DNA from: Acaryochloris marina S15
Lineage (GTDB): Bacteria > Cyanobacteriota > Cyanobacteriia > Thermosynechococcales > Thermosynechococcaceae
Direction: 5' to 3'
DNA length: 32,000 nt
Assembly (NCBI RefSeq): GCF_018336915.1
Contig: NZ_CP064923.1
Coordinates: forward strand, 4,950,001-4,982,000
Below, in pieces: positions 16,389 through 25,422 of this stretch (positions are counted from its first letter, which is position 1; each line of letters starts with the position of its first letter). Position numbers and translations under genes: made by a program. A model generated the notes under the pieces. The model saw only the letters and a list, made by a program, of their open reading frames with translations, did not search any database and was not told the origin of the DNA.

Positions 16389-16622
16389 ATGAGTGAGCCA
16401 TCCAAGCGTTCAACCATTTACTTTGAGGCAGAGTTGCATCAGGCATTACGCCTCAAAGCAGCATCAACCGATCGCACAGTATCGGATCTAGTCAATGAGG
16501 CAGTCCGTTTTGCCTTACAAGAAGATCAAGCAGATCTGGCTACCTTTGATGAACGAGAACAAGAGCCAACTATGACCTATGAAGAACTGCTAAATGATCT
16601 GAAAACTCATGGCAAACTATAA
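16389..16622 (+). CDS. Type II antitoxin, ribbon-helix-helix type
   Basis: The N-terminal RHH pattern is present (STIYFEAELHQALRLKAASTDRTVSDLVNEAVR). It overlaps the downstream toxin gene by 14 nt. Confidence 0.75.
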   Translation: MSEPSKRSTIYFEAELHQALRLKAASTDRTVSDLVNEAVRFALQEDQADLATFDEREQEPTMTYEELLNDLKTHGKL

Positions 16623-16869
16623 GGTCGTTTTCAAGCGATCAGTTGCCAAAGATCTTCGTCGTATTTCTAACCAGGATGTTGCTAGAATTCTCAGTCGTAT
16701 TGAAGCTCTTGCCCTTGATCCACGGCTAGGAGCGGAAAAACTATCGGGGCAAGAGAAGTATCGCATCCGACAAGGCGTTTACCGGATCATTTACGAGATT
16801 GTCGACAAAGAATTAATCGTAGTTGTTGTTAAAGTGGGCCACAGACGCGATGTGTACAAGAATCGCTAA
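16609..16869 (+). CDS. Type II toxin, RelE/ParE family
   Basis: The 86-aa ORF has the pattern ...KDLRRI...RI...I..L..DP...G.EKL.G...YRIR.G.YRIIYEI.D...IV.VV.VGHRRDVY. Confidence 0.8.
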   Translation: MANYKVVFKRSVAKDLRRISNQDVARILSRIEALALDPRLGAEKLSGQEKYRIRQGVYRIIYEIVDKELIVVVVKVGHRRDVYKNR

Positions 16870-16896
16870 CTGCGATTTCAGGCACTTAAGGAGAGA

Positions 16897-17298
16897 GTGA
16901 TGGCTGGAACAGATATTAAAACTCACCCCATTCATCTGGGGTTGAGCGCGACCGCAGAGACTGAACCCTTATTTACGGGGGCGATGGACTGGTACATCGA
17001 CTATGCTAAACGCCATGATGCTGACGGGTCTGAAGGACGTTTAGTCAGCATGCACTCCTTCTCAGACGCTTGGGATGTTTGGGAGATGCACCCGCAGGGG
17101 AGTGAGGTGGTCATGTGTATTGCGGGAACTGTGACCCTTCATCAAGAAGATCCAGAGGGTTCTCTAACGACTACCACTCTTAATCCTGGCGAATATGCCA
17201 TTAACCAGCCGGGTATTTGGCATACCGCCGATGTTGAGGAAGAGGCGACGGTGCTCTTTATTACTGCTGGCATCGGCACCCAACACCGGCCCCGGTAG
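16897..17298 (+). CDS. Cupin domain protein
   Basis: The 133-aa ORF contains a cupin-like core (WEMHPQGSEVVMCIAGTVTL ... PGEYAINQPGIWHTA). Confidence 0.55.
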   Translation: MMAGTDIKTHPIHLGLSATAETEPLFTGAMDWYIDYAKRHDADGSEGRLVSMHSFSDAWDVWEMHPQGSEVVMCIAGTVTLHQEDPEGSLTTTTLNPGEYAINQPGIWHTADVEEEATVLFITAGIGTQHRPR

Positions 17299-17302
17299 AT
17301 CG

Positions 17303-17596
17303 TTGCTTACAACACCTGACTGGCAATCAGGCCCATACCCAAATGCGATCGCACAGCTAGCAGCAGCCAAAGCCGGTCTAGGACTCGCCCGTATCCCCTG
17401 TTTTCTAGGCGATCCAGAACCCACCCTCAAACGAGTTCCTCCCGGTCAGAGTGCCCCCTGCCATGACGTCTGGATTTTGACCCATAAGGATCTAATCTCA
17501 ACGGTACGCATTCAAACTTTTATGGACTGTATGTCCAAAGCCTTTCAACAAAAACAGGACTTATTAGAAGGGCGTTGTCCTTCTACATTTGGTTAG
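17303..17596 (+). pseudogene. C-terminal remnant of a LysR-type regulator (effector-binding domain only)
   Basis: It reads ...AIAQLAAAKAGLGLARIPCFLGDPEPTLKRVPP.....VWILTHKDLISTVRIQTFMDCM, which resembles the last ~90 aa of LTTRs. There is no HTH or N-terminal part upstream; the frame upstream overlaps the cupin gene. Confidence 0.45.
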
Positions 17597-17795
17597 TGAA
17601 AAAGGAGATCCTGATGCCACTGCATCAGGTATTCAAGACACCAATAAATGAGCAAGTGGTGCGATGCTTGGAGTCGTTGGTAATTGCCAGCCATCGACAT
17701 CAATCAGGATAAGAGTCAGGGCTTTCTCAAATTCTTGAGAGAAAAATTTAGACTGCATAAAAATAGCGATCAAGAAGAGCTTTTAGTCCTATAAC

Positions 17796-18122
17796 TTAAC
17801 CCTGACATTTAGAATGTCTTGATATTATTGAACTGCATTTTTCCCGAATTAGCTCTTCTACATTAGGCAAAAACTCTTCTCTTTCTTTGTCAAGACGAGC
17901 CAAAGCTTCCTGTGACCATAGTTTCCTCTCTGCTTCATCCAAAGGGAACTCCTCTATCTGAGAAGCAATGCCCGTAAAAAAGAGTAATTCATCTTGAATA
18001 CGCTCTGTTTGAAAGCGATAACTGGATAAGAGCTGTGAACCTAGTAAAGGATCAACCTTATTGTCTAAAATCTTTTTTGCTAGGGAGAAAATTTCTTGTT
18101 CTATCTCTGACCATGAATCCAT
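17796..18122 (-). CDS. Hypothetical protein (orphan, helical, acidic)
   Basis: This 108-aa ORF has AT-rich codon usage and is flanked by about 200 bp and 440 bp of non-coding DNA. I recognise no family. Confidence 0.4.
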   Translation of the reverse strand: MDSWSEIEQEIFSLAKKILDNKVDPLLGSQLLSSYRFQTERIQDELLFFTGIASQIEEFPLDEAERKLWSQEALARLDKEREEFLPNVEELIREKCSSIISRHSKCQG

Positions 18123-18565
18123 ACTGTCTTGATATTGAGATATTTGTTTGCCTTCTTTGAATTATTACTATGCCCAAACAAACTGCTTAACGTTTGACCA
18201 CCCTTTTTTGGTGTGGCTCATTGTAAATTTCTAGGAAAATAATGAGAACTACAATCATCCTAGCCCCAATCCTAAAATGTAGTTTTACTGATCACTAATT
18301 CTCATCACTATCGAATTTCCTCTATCAAACTTCAAAAAGCTTCGAGAGAAAGAGTACCCGATTGAGGACTGTTTGTTGTGAGCTGCTACTCATAGGCTGA
18401 GTCTAAGGGAGCACTAGATCTGTTTTTCGAACAGTGTCCACTGATTAGCTGAAAATATTTCGCGCAATTCAGCTCCAGATTTTCTCAGAAGACACTTCTG
18501 GTTTCTAAGCTTAGAGCGTATAAAGCATCTACTACTGCCCCAATCGGTTATGGAGAGTTACCAGC

Positions 18566-18994
18566 ATGAATCAACAGGCAATTTTTGCCCCCATTTTGGC
18601 GATGTTCTTACTAACGTTGACGGTCTGGATCTACATGTACGCCCGTCGTATTTCCTTCATCATCCAAAACAACTTTCTACCTGAAAAAATGCAGCCCTTA
18701 GAATTGGCCCGCATATCTCCGCCCGCCGTTTCCAATCCCTCCGACAATCTCAAAAACCTCTTTGAGCTACCCGTGCTGTTTTATGCCCTCGGTCACTACC
18801 TATTTATCACTAGCCAAGTCGATAGGTTCTATATGCTCCTATCTTGGATATTTGTGGGTTTTCGCATCCTGCATAGCCTGGTTCATTGCACGATTAACCG
18901 AGTTTTGCTGCGGTTCTATCTCTATCTGACGGCTGCCGTCGCCCTATGGCTGATGATTTTGCGAGCAAGCTGGCACTATCTCGGTCGTATCTGA
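18566..18994 (+). CDS. MAPEG family membrane protein (probable)
   Basis: The 142-aa ORF has about 4 hydrophobic helices, a NLFE.P.LFY motif and a conserved R..HS..H region, as in bacterial MAPEG proteins. Confidence 0.5.
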   Translation: MNQQAIFAPILAMFLLTLTVWIYMYARRISFIIQNNFLPEKMQPLELARISPPAVSNPSDNLKNLFELPVLFYALGHYLFITSQVDRFYMLLSWIFVGFRILHSLVHCTINRVLLRFYLYLTAAVALWLMILRASWHYLGRI

Positions 18995-19090
18995 CGCCTA
19001 AACCCAAAACGACTGATGATTCTCAGCCAAATGCGTCAAAATTGAGAAAAGACAATACACCTAAAATTGCAGAGTAGGGTTGGTATCGAT

Positions 19091-19531
19091 ATGACTGTAT
19101 TACCCCAAGGCAAGCTTCGCAAGACCCATCACTTTGCCCTGAATGTGAAAGACCTGCAGGCCTCCCGGCATTTTTATGGCACTATTTTAGGCCTGCATGA
19201 GTTGACGGGTTCTGAAGTCCCAGCAACCTTAGTAGAACTGGTCAAACAGGGGCGCATCAGTAACTTTGTTACCCCCGACGGATGGGTATTGGACCTATTC
19301 TGGGAACCAGATTTATCCCCCCCGAATCTAGATCCAGGCCAGCAGTTTACCCGCGCCAATCATCTAGCCTTTGATATTGACCCCGACGCTTTCGACCAGG
19401 CCGTGCAGGTTTTGCAGGCGAATCAAGTTGCGATCGCACAAGGTCCCGTCACCCGACCCACCGGGCGGGGCATCTACTTCTATGACCCTGATGGGTTTCT
19501 CCTCGAAATCCGCTGCGACCCAGAAAATTAG
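19091..19531 (+). CDS. VOC (glyoxalase/bleomycin resistance/dioxygenase) family protein
   Basis: Contains HHFALNVKDLQASRHFYGTILGL ... NHLAFDI ... GIYFYDPDGFLLEI. I prefer the ATG at 19091 over the TTG at 19067. Confidence 0.8.
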   Translation: MTVLPQGKLRKTHHFALNVKDLQASRHFYGTILGLHELTGSEVPATLVELVKQGRISNFVTPDGWVLDLFWEPDLSPPNLDPGQQFTRANHLAFDIDPDAFDQAVQVLQANQVAIAQGPVTRPTGRGIYFYDPDGFLLEIRCDPEN

Positions 19532-20673
19532 CGATTCAAAGTGTACTTAAAGGCATCCAAAACCATATGGACATTCTCAGGGCGGCTATTAAAACCCATC
19601 AGTCCAACGCGCCAAGCTTTGCCAGCCAGTTCACCTAAGCCATTGCCAATTTCGATATTAAAGTTCTTGAGGAACTGCGAAGTGATAGCTTTTCCATCCA
19701 CCCCGTCAGGAATTCGCACTGTAATTAACGAAGGCAATCGATGCTGGCGTTCCACGTAGCACTCCATGCCCAGGGAAGCCAGCCCCTCCCACATCAACTC
19801 AGCATTGGCTTGATGTCGCGCCCAGCGTTCAGCCAATCCCTCTTCAGCAATCAAGCGAAGCGCTTCTCGAAAGCCATAGATCATATTAATCGGAGCCGTA
19901 TGGTGATAGGTTCGTTCCGACCCCCAATATTTGCCCACCATCGACATATCCAAATACCAGTTAGGCACTTTACTCTGGCGATTATTGAGCTTCTCTACCG
20001 CACGAGCCCCCAACGTGAAAGGGCTAATGCCGGGTGGGCAGCTCAGGCATTTCTGGCTACCGCTGTAGGCCATATCCACCCCCCACTCATCCAAGAACAG
20101 GGGTGCCCCTCCTAAGCTAGTCACCGTATCTGCCAACAGCAAACAATCATATTCTCGGCATAAGTCACCCACCCCTTCTAAGGGTTGGCAGGCTCCCGTA
20201 GACGTTTCGGCATGAACCAGACCCAAGATTTTGGGGCGATGCTCTTCTAGTCCAGCTTTCAATTCATCTAGGGAAAAGACTTCTCCCCAGGGTTTGTCTA
20301 TACGGCGCACATCCGCCCCATAACGCCCAGCCATATCCATCAGCCGATGACCGAAATAGCCATTGACGCCGACTAGAACCACGTCTCCCGGCTCAACGGT
20401 ATTGGCGAGGGTCGCTTCCATGGCCGCACTCCCCGTCGCACTCACCGGAATCGTAGTCGGACTCTCCGTTTGCCAAGCATATTTGAGCAGAGACTGGACT
20501 TCGTTCATCAGCTCAATAAAGCAGGGATCTAAGTGTCCCACTTGGCGCATTCCCAAAGCTTGCAGAACTCGGGGATGGGCATTAGACGGCCCCGGCCCCA
20601 TTAATAATCGGGGTGGAACGTTTAGCTGAGCGGTTTGCTGACGATGGGTCTCGTTGATAGCGACGTTGGTCAT
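19528..20673 (-). CDS. Class V PLP aminotransferase (alanine-glyoxylate / serine-pyruvate aminotransferase family)
   Basis: LLMGPGPSN at the N-terminus and the PLP-lysine motif SGSQKCL. Its stop overlaps the VOC stop (TTAG at 19528-19531). Confidence 0.85.
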   Translation of the reverse strand: MTNVAINETHRQQTAQLNVPPRLLMGPGPSNAHPRVLQALGMRQVGHLDPCFIELMNEVQSLLKYAWQTESPTTIPVSATGSAAMEATLANTVEPGDVVLVGVNGYFGHRLMDMAGRYGADVRRIDKPWGEVFSLDELKAGLEEHRPKILGLVHAETSTGACQPLEGVGDLCREYDCLLLADTVTSLGGAPLFLDEWGVDMAYSGSQKCLSCPPGISPFTLGARAVEKLNNRQSKVPNWYLDMSMVGKYWGSERTYHHTAPINMIYGFREALRLIAEEGLAERWARHQANAELMWEGLASLGMECYVERQHRLPSLITVRIPDGVDGKAITSQFLKNFNIEIGNGLGELAGKAWRVGLMGFNSRPENVHMVLDAFKYTLNR

Positions 20674-20939
20674 AGGAATGGGCCGGAATAGTAGAAGAGA
20701 GTCAAGCGATCAAGCTGATCCAGTGATAGTTGGAGATGACCCCATCGGGCTACATCTCGATTGGTCAGTGATCATGCATATCAGACGCTGCAGCCAAGGA
20801 ATAACAAACAGAATCTTAAACATGCTTTGCATATCCTACAATCAATCAGTCCTTGTACTATCAGAGTTTCTGGCCAACTCCATCTCTAGGCGAGAGCATT
20901 GTTGCTAGACTAGTAAGCAGTCCATTCCAGAGAAACTTT

Positions 20940-21170
20940 ATGTCTAAGCGCCTCACCATCGACACAACACATATTATGCGGCGAGCTGAAGAATTGATTG
21001 GCGCTTCTTCCAATCGTTACCGCATTACTGTGCAAGTTGCGAATCGGGCCAAGAAGCGTCGTCGACGTGAGAATTTAGAAGACTTTGAAGATGCAGGCAT
21101 GAAATCCGTCCTGCAAGCCATTATTGAAATGTCTGATGAACTGACGCAACCGGAGATTATTGGCGAGTGA
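20940..21170 (+). CDS. rpoZ: DNA-directed RNA polymerase subunit omega
   Basis: [18 protein letters not shown] and the size from ATG 20940 (76 aa) match cyanobacterial RpoZ. The track's N-terminal extension is unlikely. Confidence 0.8.
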   Translation: MSKRLTIDTTHIMRRAEELIGASSNRYRITVQVANRAKKRRRRENLEDFEDAGMKSVLQAIIEMSDELTQPEIIGE

Positions 21171-21187
21171 ACCCTACCCTCACTCTA

Positions 21188-21856
21188 ATGGCGCGATCCA
21201 AGCGGGCACTGATTTGTGCCTCCTTGGTTGCCAGTGGATGGATCGTTGCACAGCCTGCGGTCGCCCAAAGAATTAATCCCAAGCTGGCAGCGGATGCGGT
21301 CTACTCTCAATTACCGGAGCTACCGCAAGAAAACCAGTATTTTCGCAGAAAAGGCAATAAACCGGCGACGAACAGCACTTTAGTGAGTCGGCTTATTCGG
21401 TATCACACCCTGGTCAAAGGCCGATCCCCCCAGTATCGGTTTGACTGGAAAATCACCTTGGCAGACTTCCTAGGGCTATACGAAAATCTGCGAGAAGAAG
21501 AGTATCCAGGGCAGTCGTACTTGAAGACGAATCCCATGGAGAGCGATCGCAAGTTGATACGACAGTTAACCCGCAAACAGCGCCTTGCGTTGACTCAAAT
21601 CCTCAGCGATCTATATACGAGTCAAGCACCACGGCGGGCAGCCCCTCCGACGGAGAAACAACAGCCAGAACCACCCAAGCCTGCGGCGGCTCCAGACCCA
21701 GAACCGATCTCTCGCCCGAAACTCATTCCATTACCCGGTTCAGGCAGTGCCGATCTCTTACGACCTCAAACAACACCCAAATCCAGCTCGCCTCAACCTC
21801 AATCAACCACACCTACTCGCAAGCCCACCAGTGAGTCGCAAAAGCTCACTTTTTGA
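21188..21856 (+). CDS. Secreted hypothetical protein with a Pro/Ser/Thr-rich C-terminal tail
   Basis: A signal-peptide-like N-terminus (MARSKRALICASLVASGWIVAQPAVAQ) and a low-complexity tail. It may start at GTG 21167 instead. Confidence 0.55.
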   Translation: MARSKRALICASLVASGWIVAQPAVAQRINPKLAADAVYSQLPELPQENQYFRRKGNKPATNSTLVSRLIRYHTLVKGRSPQYRFDWKITLADFLGLYENLREEEYPGQSYLKTNPMESDRKLIRQLTRKQRLALTQILSDLYTSQAPRRAAPPTEKQQPEPPKPAAAPDPEPISRPKLIPLPGSGSADLLRPQTTPKSSSPQPQSTTPTRKPTSESQKLTF

Positions 21857-22218
21857 TGGATCGACAGCTCAAAGAGGGTAACGGTTGGCGATTAGGATTG
21901 CAGCCTAATGCCGCTTTTTCCACCCTATTGGGCACCAATGAATGGGCAGTAGAGTTGACTGCTGCAGAATTTGCTGATTTTCGCCGCCTGCTCTTGCAAC
22001 TAGTCGATTCCATCACCCAATTACAAGATCAACTGATGGCTGAGGAGACTATTGCTTGTGAGGCGAGCAGTGATTTGGTTTGGCTAGAAGTACAAGGATA
22101 TCCCCAGCAGTTTGCTCTGAGTTTTATCCTCCTGAATGGCCGCCGTGCGGAAGGTTCGTGGTCTGCACAGAGCACTGCTGAATTGGTGGGCGCTATCCAA
22201 ACAATTGAGGTCTTTTAA
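21856..22218 (+). CDS. DUF1818 family protein (conserved in cyanobacteria)
   Basis: GWRLGLQPNA...EWAVELTAAEFADFRRL...NGRRAEGSW resembles the DUF1818 pattern I remember. The ATG overlaps the upstream TGA (TGATG). Confidence 0.6.
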   Translation: MDRQLKEGNGWRLGLQPNAAFSTLLGTNEWAVELTAAEFADFRRLLLQLVDSITQLQDQLMAEETIACEASSDLVWLEVQGYPQQFALSFILLNGRRAEGSWSAQSTAELVGAIQTIEVF

Positions 22219-22251
22219 TTCAGGGTTTTATGTTAGGCTTGTAAAGCAAAA

Positions 22252-22325
22252 CGGGGCGTAGCGCAGCTTGGTAGCGCACCACTTTGGGGTAGTGGGGGTC
22301 GCAGGTTCAAATCCTGTCGCTCCGA
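22252..22325 (+). tRNA. tRNA-Pro (anticodon GGG)
   Basis: A manual cloverleaf fits. The acceptor stem is CGGGGCG/CGCTCCG, the D stem GCGC/GCGC, the anticodon stem CCACT/AGTGG with loop TTGGGGT (GGG at 34-36, G37), and the T arm GCAGG-TTCAAAT-CCTGT. The discriminator is A and no CCA is encoded. Confidence 0.9.
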
Positions 22326-22334
22326 TTGACTTAG

Positions 22335-22365
22335 AACCTCCTCTAGTAGGGGGTTTTGTTATTTT
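22335..22365 (+). terminator. Rho-independent terminator after tRNA-Pro
   Basis: An 8-bp stem AACCTCCT/AGGGGGTT (one G-U pair), loop CTAGT, followed by TTGTTATTTT. Confidence 0.6.
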
Positions 22366-22491
22366 AAAAATGCGACTCATCGTTACAAGATGGAAGATTA
22401 AAGGATCAACCTGCTGTTCCGGCTACAGACACAGGGGTTGACCCTCTATTCCCAGTCATCACTCTGACTAAGACAATCTCATCACGATCTG

Positions 22492-23781
22492 TTAAATTTC
22501 AGTGCCATCAGGAATGATGGCATTCTTCAGAATAACAACAATCCCACTCCGGATATAGAAGCCTTCATCCTCATGATTAGCCTCCTCCACCTGGGCTTTA
22601 TTGACTATTTTGACGTTCTTGCCAATACGGGCATTTTTATCAACGATCGCTTTACGAATGACCGTGTTTTCCCCAATTCCTAAGGGAACTCTACCTTGGT
22701 CAAGATCAGCTTGCCGCTTAGACAGAGACTGATAATAATCTGACCCTAGCCACAGCACATTGTCCAGGGTGCAATGATCGTCGACATAAGAGCGAACCCC
22801 TAGAACAGAGTGGTGAATTTGACTTTTTTTAACAATACAGCCTTCACCAATAATGGATTCCGTGACCCGGCAGTCGAGGATTTTACTGGGTGGTAAATAT
22901 CGGGCTCGGGTATAGATGGGGGCTTGCTCATCGTAAAAACTAAACTTGGGCTTGGGCTGTTGAGCTAAAGCTAGATTGGCCTCATAGAACGCTTCAATCG
23001 TTCCAATATCTTCCCAATAGTCATCAAATAGGAATGCCTGAATATTATGATTCGCAGCAGCAGTAGGAATCACTTCTTTACCAAAGTCAGTATGCTCAAG
23101 ATTAGATTCCAATAAATCGATCAGAACCTCTTTTTTGAACACATAAATCCCCATGGAGGCAATATAAGGTTGCTCACGGGCTTGGTCTGCATTCAACCCG
23201 AGCAAAGTGGTATCCACCTGCATTTGGGTTAATTCATCTCCAGTGGGCTTTTCACAAAAATCTCCCACACGCCCTGATTCATCCAGTTTCATTAAGCCAA
23301 AAGCAGAGGCCCGTCGCTCATCCATGGGCACCACGGAAATCGTGATATCGGCATTGGTATCGCGATGTCGTTGAACAAATTGGCTGTAGTCCATGCGATA
23401 CAAGTGGTCTCCAGAAAGAATGAGATATTCATCCACATCCCATTCCTTGAGCAACTGCAAATATTGACGAACGGCATCCGCAGTTCCTTCAAACCAACCT
23501 GAGTTATCAGGAGTCTGCTGAGCAGCTAAGACCTCGACAAATCCTTCTGTAAAATTTGAGAAATTATAGCCTCGACTCAAATGTCGATTGAGAGACGCTG
23601 AGTTGAATTGAGTCAGGACATAGATTTTATTAATGTCTGAGTTAATGCAATTACTCACAGGTATATCAATCAGACGATACTTACCTGCTAAAGGCACAGC
23701 AGGTTTAGCCCTCATTTTTGTCAAGGGATAGAGTCGGGTGCCAGCACCGCCGCCGAGAATAATGGATAGTACGCGTTTCAT
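22492..23781 (-). CDS. glgC: Glucose-1-phosphate adenylyltransferase
   Basis: [41 protein letters not shown] at the N-terminus. The length is 429 aa, with a left-handed beta-helix C-terminus. Confidence 0.95.
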   Translation of the reverse strand: MKRVLSIILGGGAGTRLYPLTKMRAKPAVPLAGKYRLIDIPVSNCINSDINKIYVLTQFNSASLNRHLSRGYNFSNFTEGFVEVLAAQQTPDNSGWFEGTADAVRQYLQLLKEWDVDEYLILSGDHLYRMDYSQFVQRHRDTNADITISVVPMDERRASAFGLMKLDESGRVGDFCEKPTGDELTQMQVDTTLLGLNADQAREQPYIASMGIYVFKKEVLIDLLESNLEHTDFGKEVIPTAAANHNIQAFLFDDYWEDIGTIEAFYEANLALAQQPKPKFSFYDEQAPIYTRARYLPPSKILDCRVTESIIGEGCIVKKSQIHHSVLGVRSYVDDHCTLDNVLWLGSDYYQSLSKRQADLDQGRVPLGIGENTVIRKAIVDKNARIGKNVKIVNKAQVEEANHEDEGFYIRSGIVVILKNAIIPDGTEI

Positions 23782-23820
23782 ATTTCCTCGCTAAATATAA
23801 TGTTTAATCACAAAGGCATA

Positions 23821-23853
23821 TTGAAAAGGCCCTGAGTCTATTGCTCAGGGCCT
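23821..23853 (-). terminator. Rho-independent terminator downstream of the FBP/SBPase gene
   Basis: On the minus strand: a 10-bp stem AGGCCCTGAG/CTCAGGGCCT (23827-23836 / 23844-23853), a 7-nt loop, then TTTTCAA. Confidence 0.6.
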
Positions 23854-23859
23854 GGGAGA

Positions 23860-24900
23860 TTAGTGTAGTTGCAGGGCTCGGTGTTTGTCGTCCAGTTTGT
23901 GGATAGTATCGACAAATCGGGCCGTTTTGGATTGCGTAGAGATAATGAGAGATTCAGTTCTCACGCCTCCTGGGAAAAAACGAGCCCCTTTCATCAGGGT
24001 TCCGGGGGTTATTCCGCAGGCGGCAAATAAAACGGTTTCGCCACAGGCTAGCTCCTCAGCTTCATAGATGCGATCCGGATCGTCAATCCCCATTTCCTTT
24101 AATCGAGCTAGGTTGCTTTCTTTACTCTCACCAATCAATCCAGTCTGGACAATTTCTGGGTCATAGATCAGTTGGCCTTGGAAATGTCCCCCTAATGCCC
24201 GCATGGCAGCCGCAGAAATCACGCCTTCTGGTGCGGCACCAATCCCCATCAACGCATGAATATTAGTCCCTGAAAATGCACAAGACAACGCAGCGGAGAC
24301 ATCGCCATCATCAATCAAGCGGACTCTAGCCCCTACATCGCGAATTTCTTTAATCAGTGCACCATGTCGAGATCGATCCATCACCACAACAACCAATTCG
24401 GCGATTGAGCGATCTAAGCATTCAGCAATGATTTTCAAGTTTTCAGTCGCGGATTTACGAATATCAACTTTTCCCTTCGCGGCAGGAGGAGCAGCTAACT
24501 TCTTCATATAGAAGTCAGGAGCAGCAAACAACCCTCCTTTCTCAGAAATGGCGAGAACAGCCATTGAACCATTCTGACCATAGGCCACTAAGTTCGTGCC
24601 TTCACACGGATCAACAGCAATATCGATCTCAACTAACTCATCAATCGTACAGAAGTCGGCGGCATCTTCCTGGGTACAGATACCAACTTGCTCACCAATG
24701 TAAAGCATGGGGGCATCATCCCGTTCTCCCTCACCAATCACAATCCGGCCTCGCATATGGATTTGATTCATGCGACTCCGCATCGCGTCAACAGCCACGG
24801 CATCGGCTGTATCTTTCTCGCCTTTACCCATCCATCGAGCAGATGCGATCGCAGCTTGCTCAACCACTTCTATAATTTCTAAACCAATCACATTGTCCAT
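23860..24900 (-). CDS. glpX: Class II (GlpX-type) fructose-1,6-/sedoheptulose-1,7-bisphosphatase
   Basis: [41 protein letters not shown]... is typical of the cyanobacterial F-I FBP/SBPase. The start is set at ATG 24900; the track's 25-codon extension is unlikely. Confidence 0.9.
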   Translation of the reverse strand: MDNVIGLEIIEVVEQAAIASARWMGKGEKDTADAVAVDAMRSRMNQIHMRGRIVIGEGERDDAPMLYIGEQVGICTQEDAADFCTIDELVEIDIAVDPCEGTNLVAYGQNGSMAVLAISEKGGLFAAPDFYMKKLAAPPAAKGKVDIRKSATENLKIIAECLDRSIAELVVVVMDRSRHGALIKEIRDVGARVRLIDDGDVSAALSCAFSGTNIHALMGIGAAPEGVISAAAMRALGGHFQGQLIYDPEIVQTGLIGESKESNLARLKEMGIDDPDRIYEAEELACGETVLFAACGITPGTLMKGARFFPGGVRTESLIISTQSKTARFVDTIHKLDDKHRALQLH

Positions 24901-24987
24901 TTCGTTTTCCTCAAAGTCCGTTATTAATGGTTCGTGCAAGACAGTGTGGGTAAAACTCAAAGCTAGTTCTTCCAAATGAAACTGTCG

Positions 24988-25422
24988 TCATTTGGATTTT
25001 TTCTGATACAGGTGAATCGCAGGGCTTTGAAGCGAAATCACCTGGCAAGCAGCCATAGTTTCTGGGGTGTCTTGTTCCCAATAAATCAACAAAAACTCGG
25101 CATGGGGTTTATATCGCCTATAACTATCTAAAACAGTGGGATAGGCTAATCCAGCGTCTCGGATTTCCTCCATATTCATATAATCAGTGGGGATAATTTC
25201 AGGATCCTCAGATTGCCAGGGCGCAGCGACGACTGCGCCTTTCTGCTTCGATTCCAGATATCGACGCAGGGCCATACGCCCTAGACTTTTTGCATTATTC
25301 TCCCATCCCAAGAAGTCATACATTTTGAACAACACCCGCTCAGTATCCTCAGGATTGAGCGTACTGAGTACGGGTTTCATCTTCGGCTTCTTAGGGGAGT
25401 CTTGACCAAAACCTTTACCCAT
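24988..25422 (-). CDS. Hypothetical protein
   Basis: The 144-aa ORF has host-like codon usage. I recognise no family. Confidence 0.45.
   Translation of the reverse strand: MGKGFGQDSPKKPKMKPVLSTLNPEDTERVLFKMYDFLGWENNAKSLGRMALRRYLESKQKGAVVAAPWQSEDPEIIPTDYMNMEEIRDAGLAYPTVLDSYRRYKPHAEFLLIYWEQDTPETMAACQVISLQSPAIHLYQKKSK

Noticed and set aside
17195-17302. N-terminal third of ORF 17195-17596
   Set aside because: It overlaps the 3' end of the cupin gene out of frame and has no LTTR-like sequence. Only the part after about 17303 resembles a LysR effector domain.
22326-22491. Possible integration site or island at the 3' end of tRNA-Pro
   Set aside because: Only about 165 bp separate the tRNA from the end of glgC. 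There is no integrase, no direct repeat of the tRNA 3' end, and no foreign cargo.
310-25405. Many short nested or antisense ORFs of 60-125 aa. The set comprises 310-498, 1334-1573, 1710-1895, 2701-2916, 4140-4403, 4432-4689, 6303-6533, 6698-6910, 7163-7423, 7177-7362 and 8643-8849. It also includes 9152-9391, 9569-9769, 14087-14299, 14172-14354, 14341-14550, 14465-14773, 14822-15025, 17164-17430, 19174-19359 and 19541-19759. The rest are 19741-20115, 20363-20629, 20654-20908, 23292-23492, 23885-24067, 24564-24875, 24688-24882, 24770-24979 and 25187-25405.
   Set aside because: Each lies inside, or antisense to, a much better supported gene and has no recognisable motifs. They are typical shadow ORFs.
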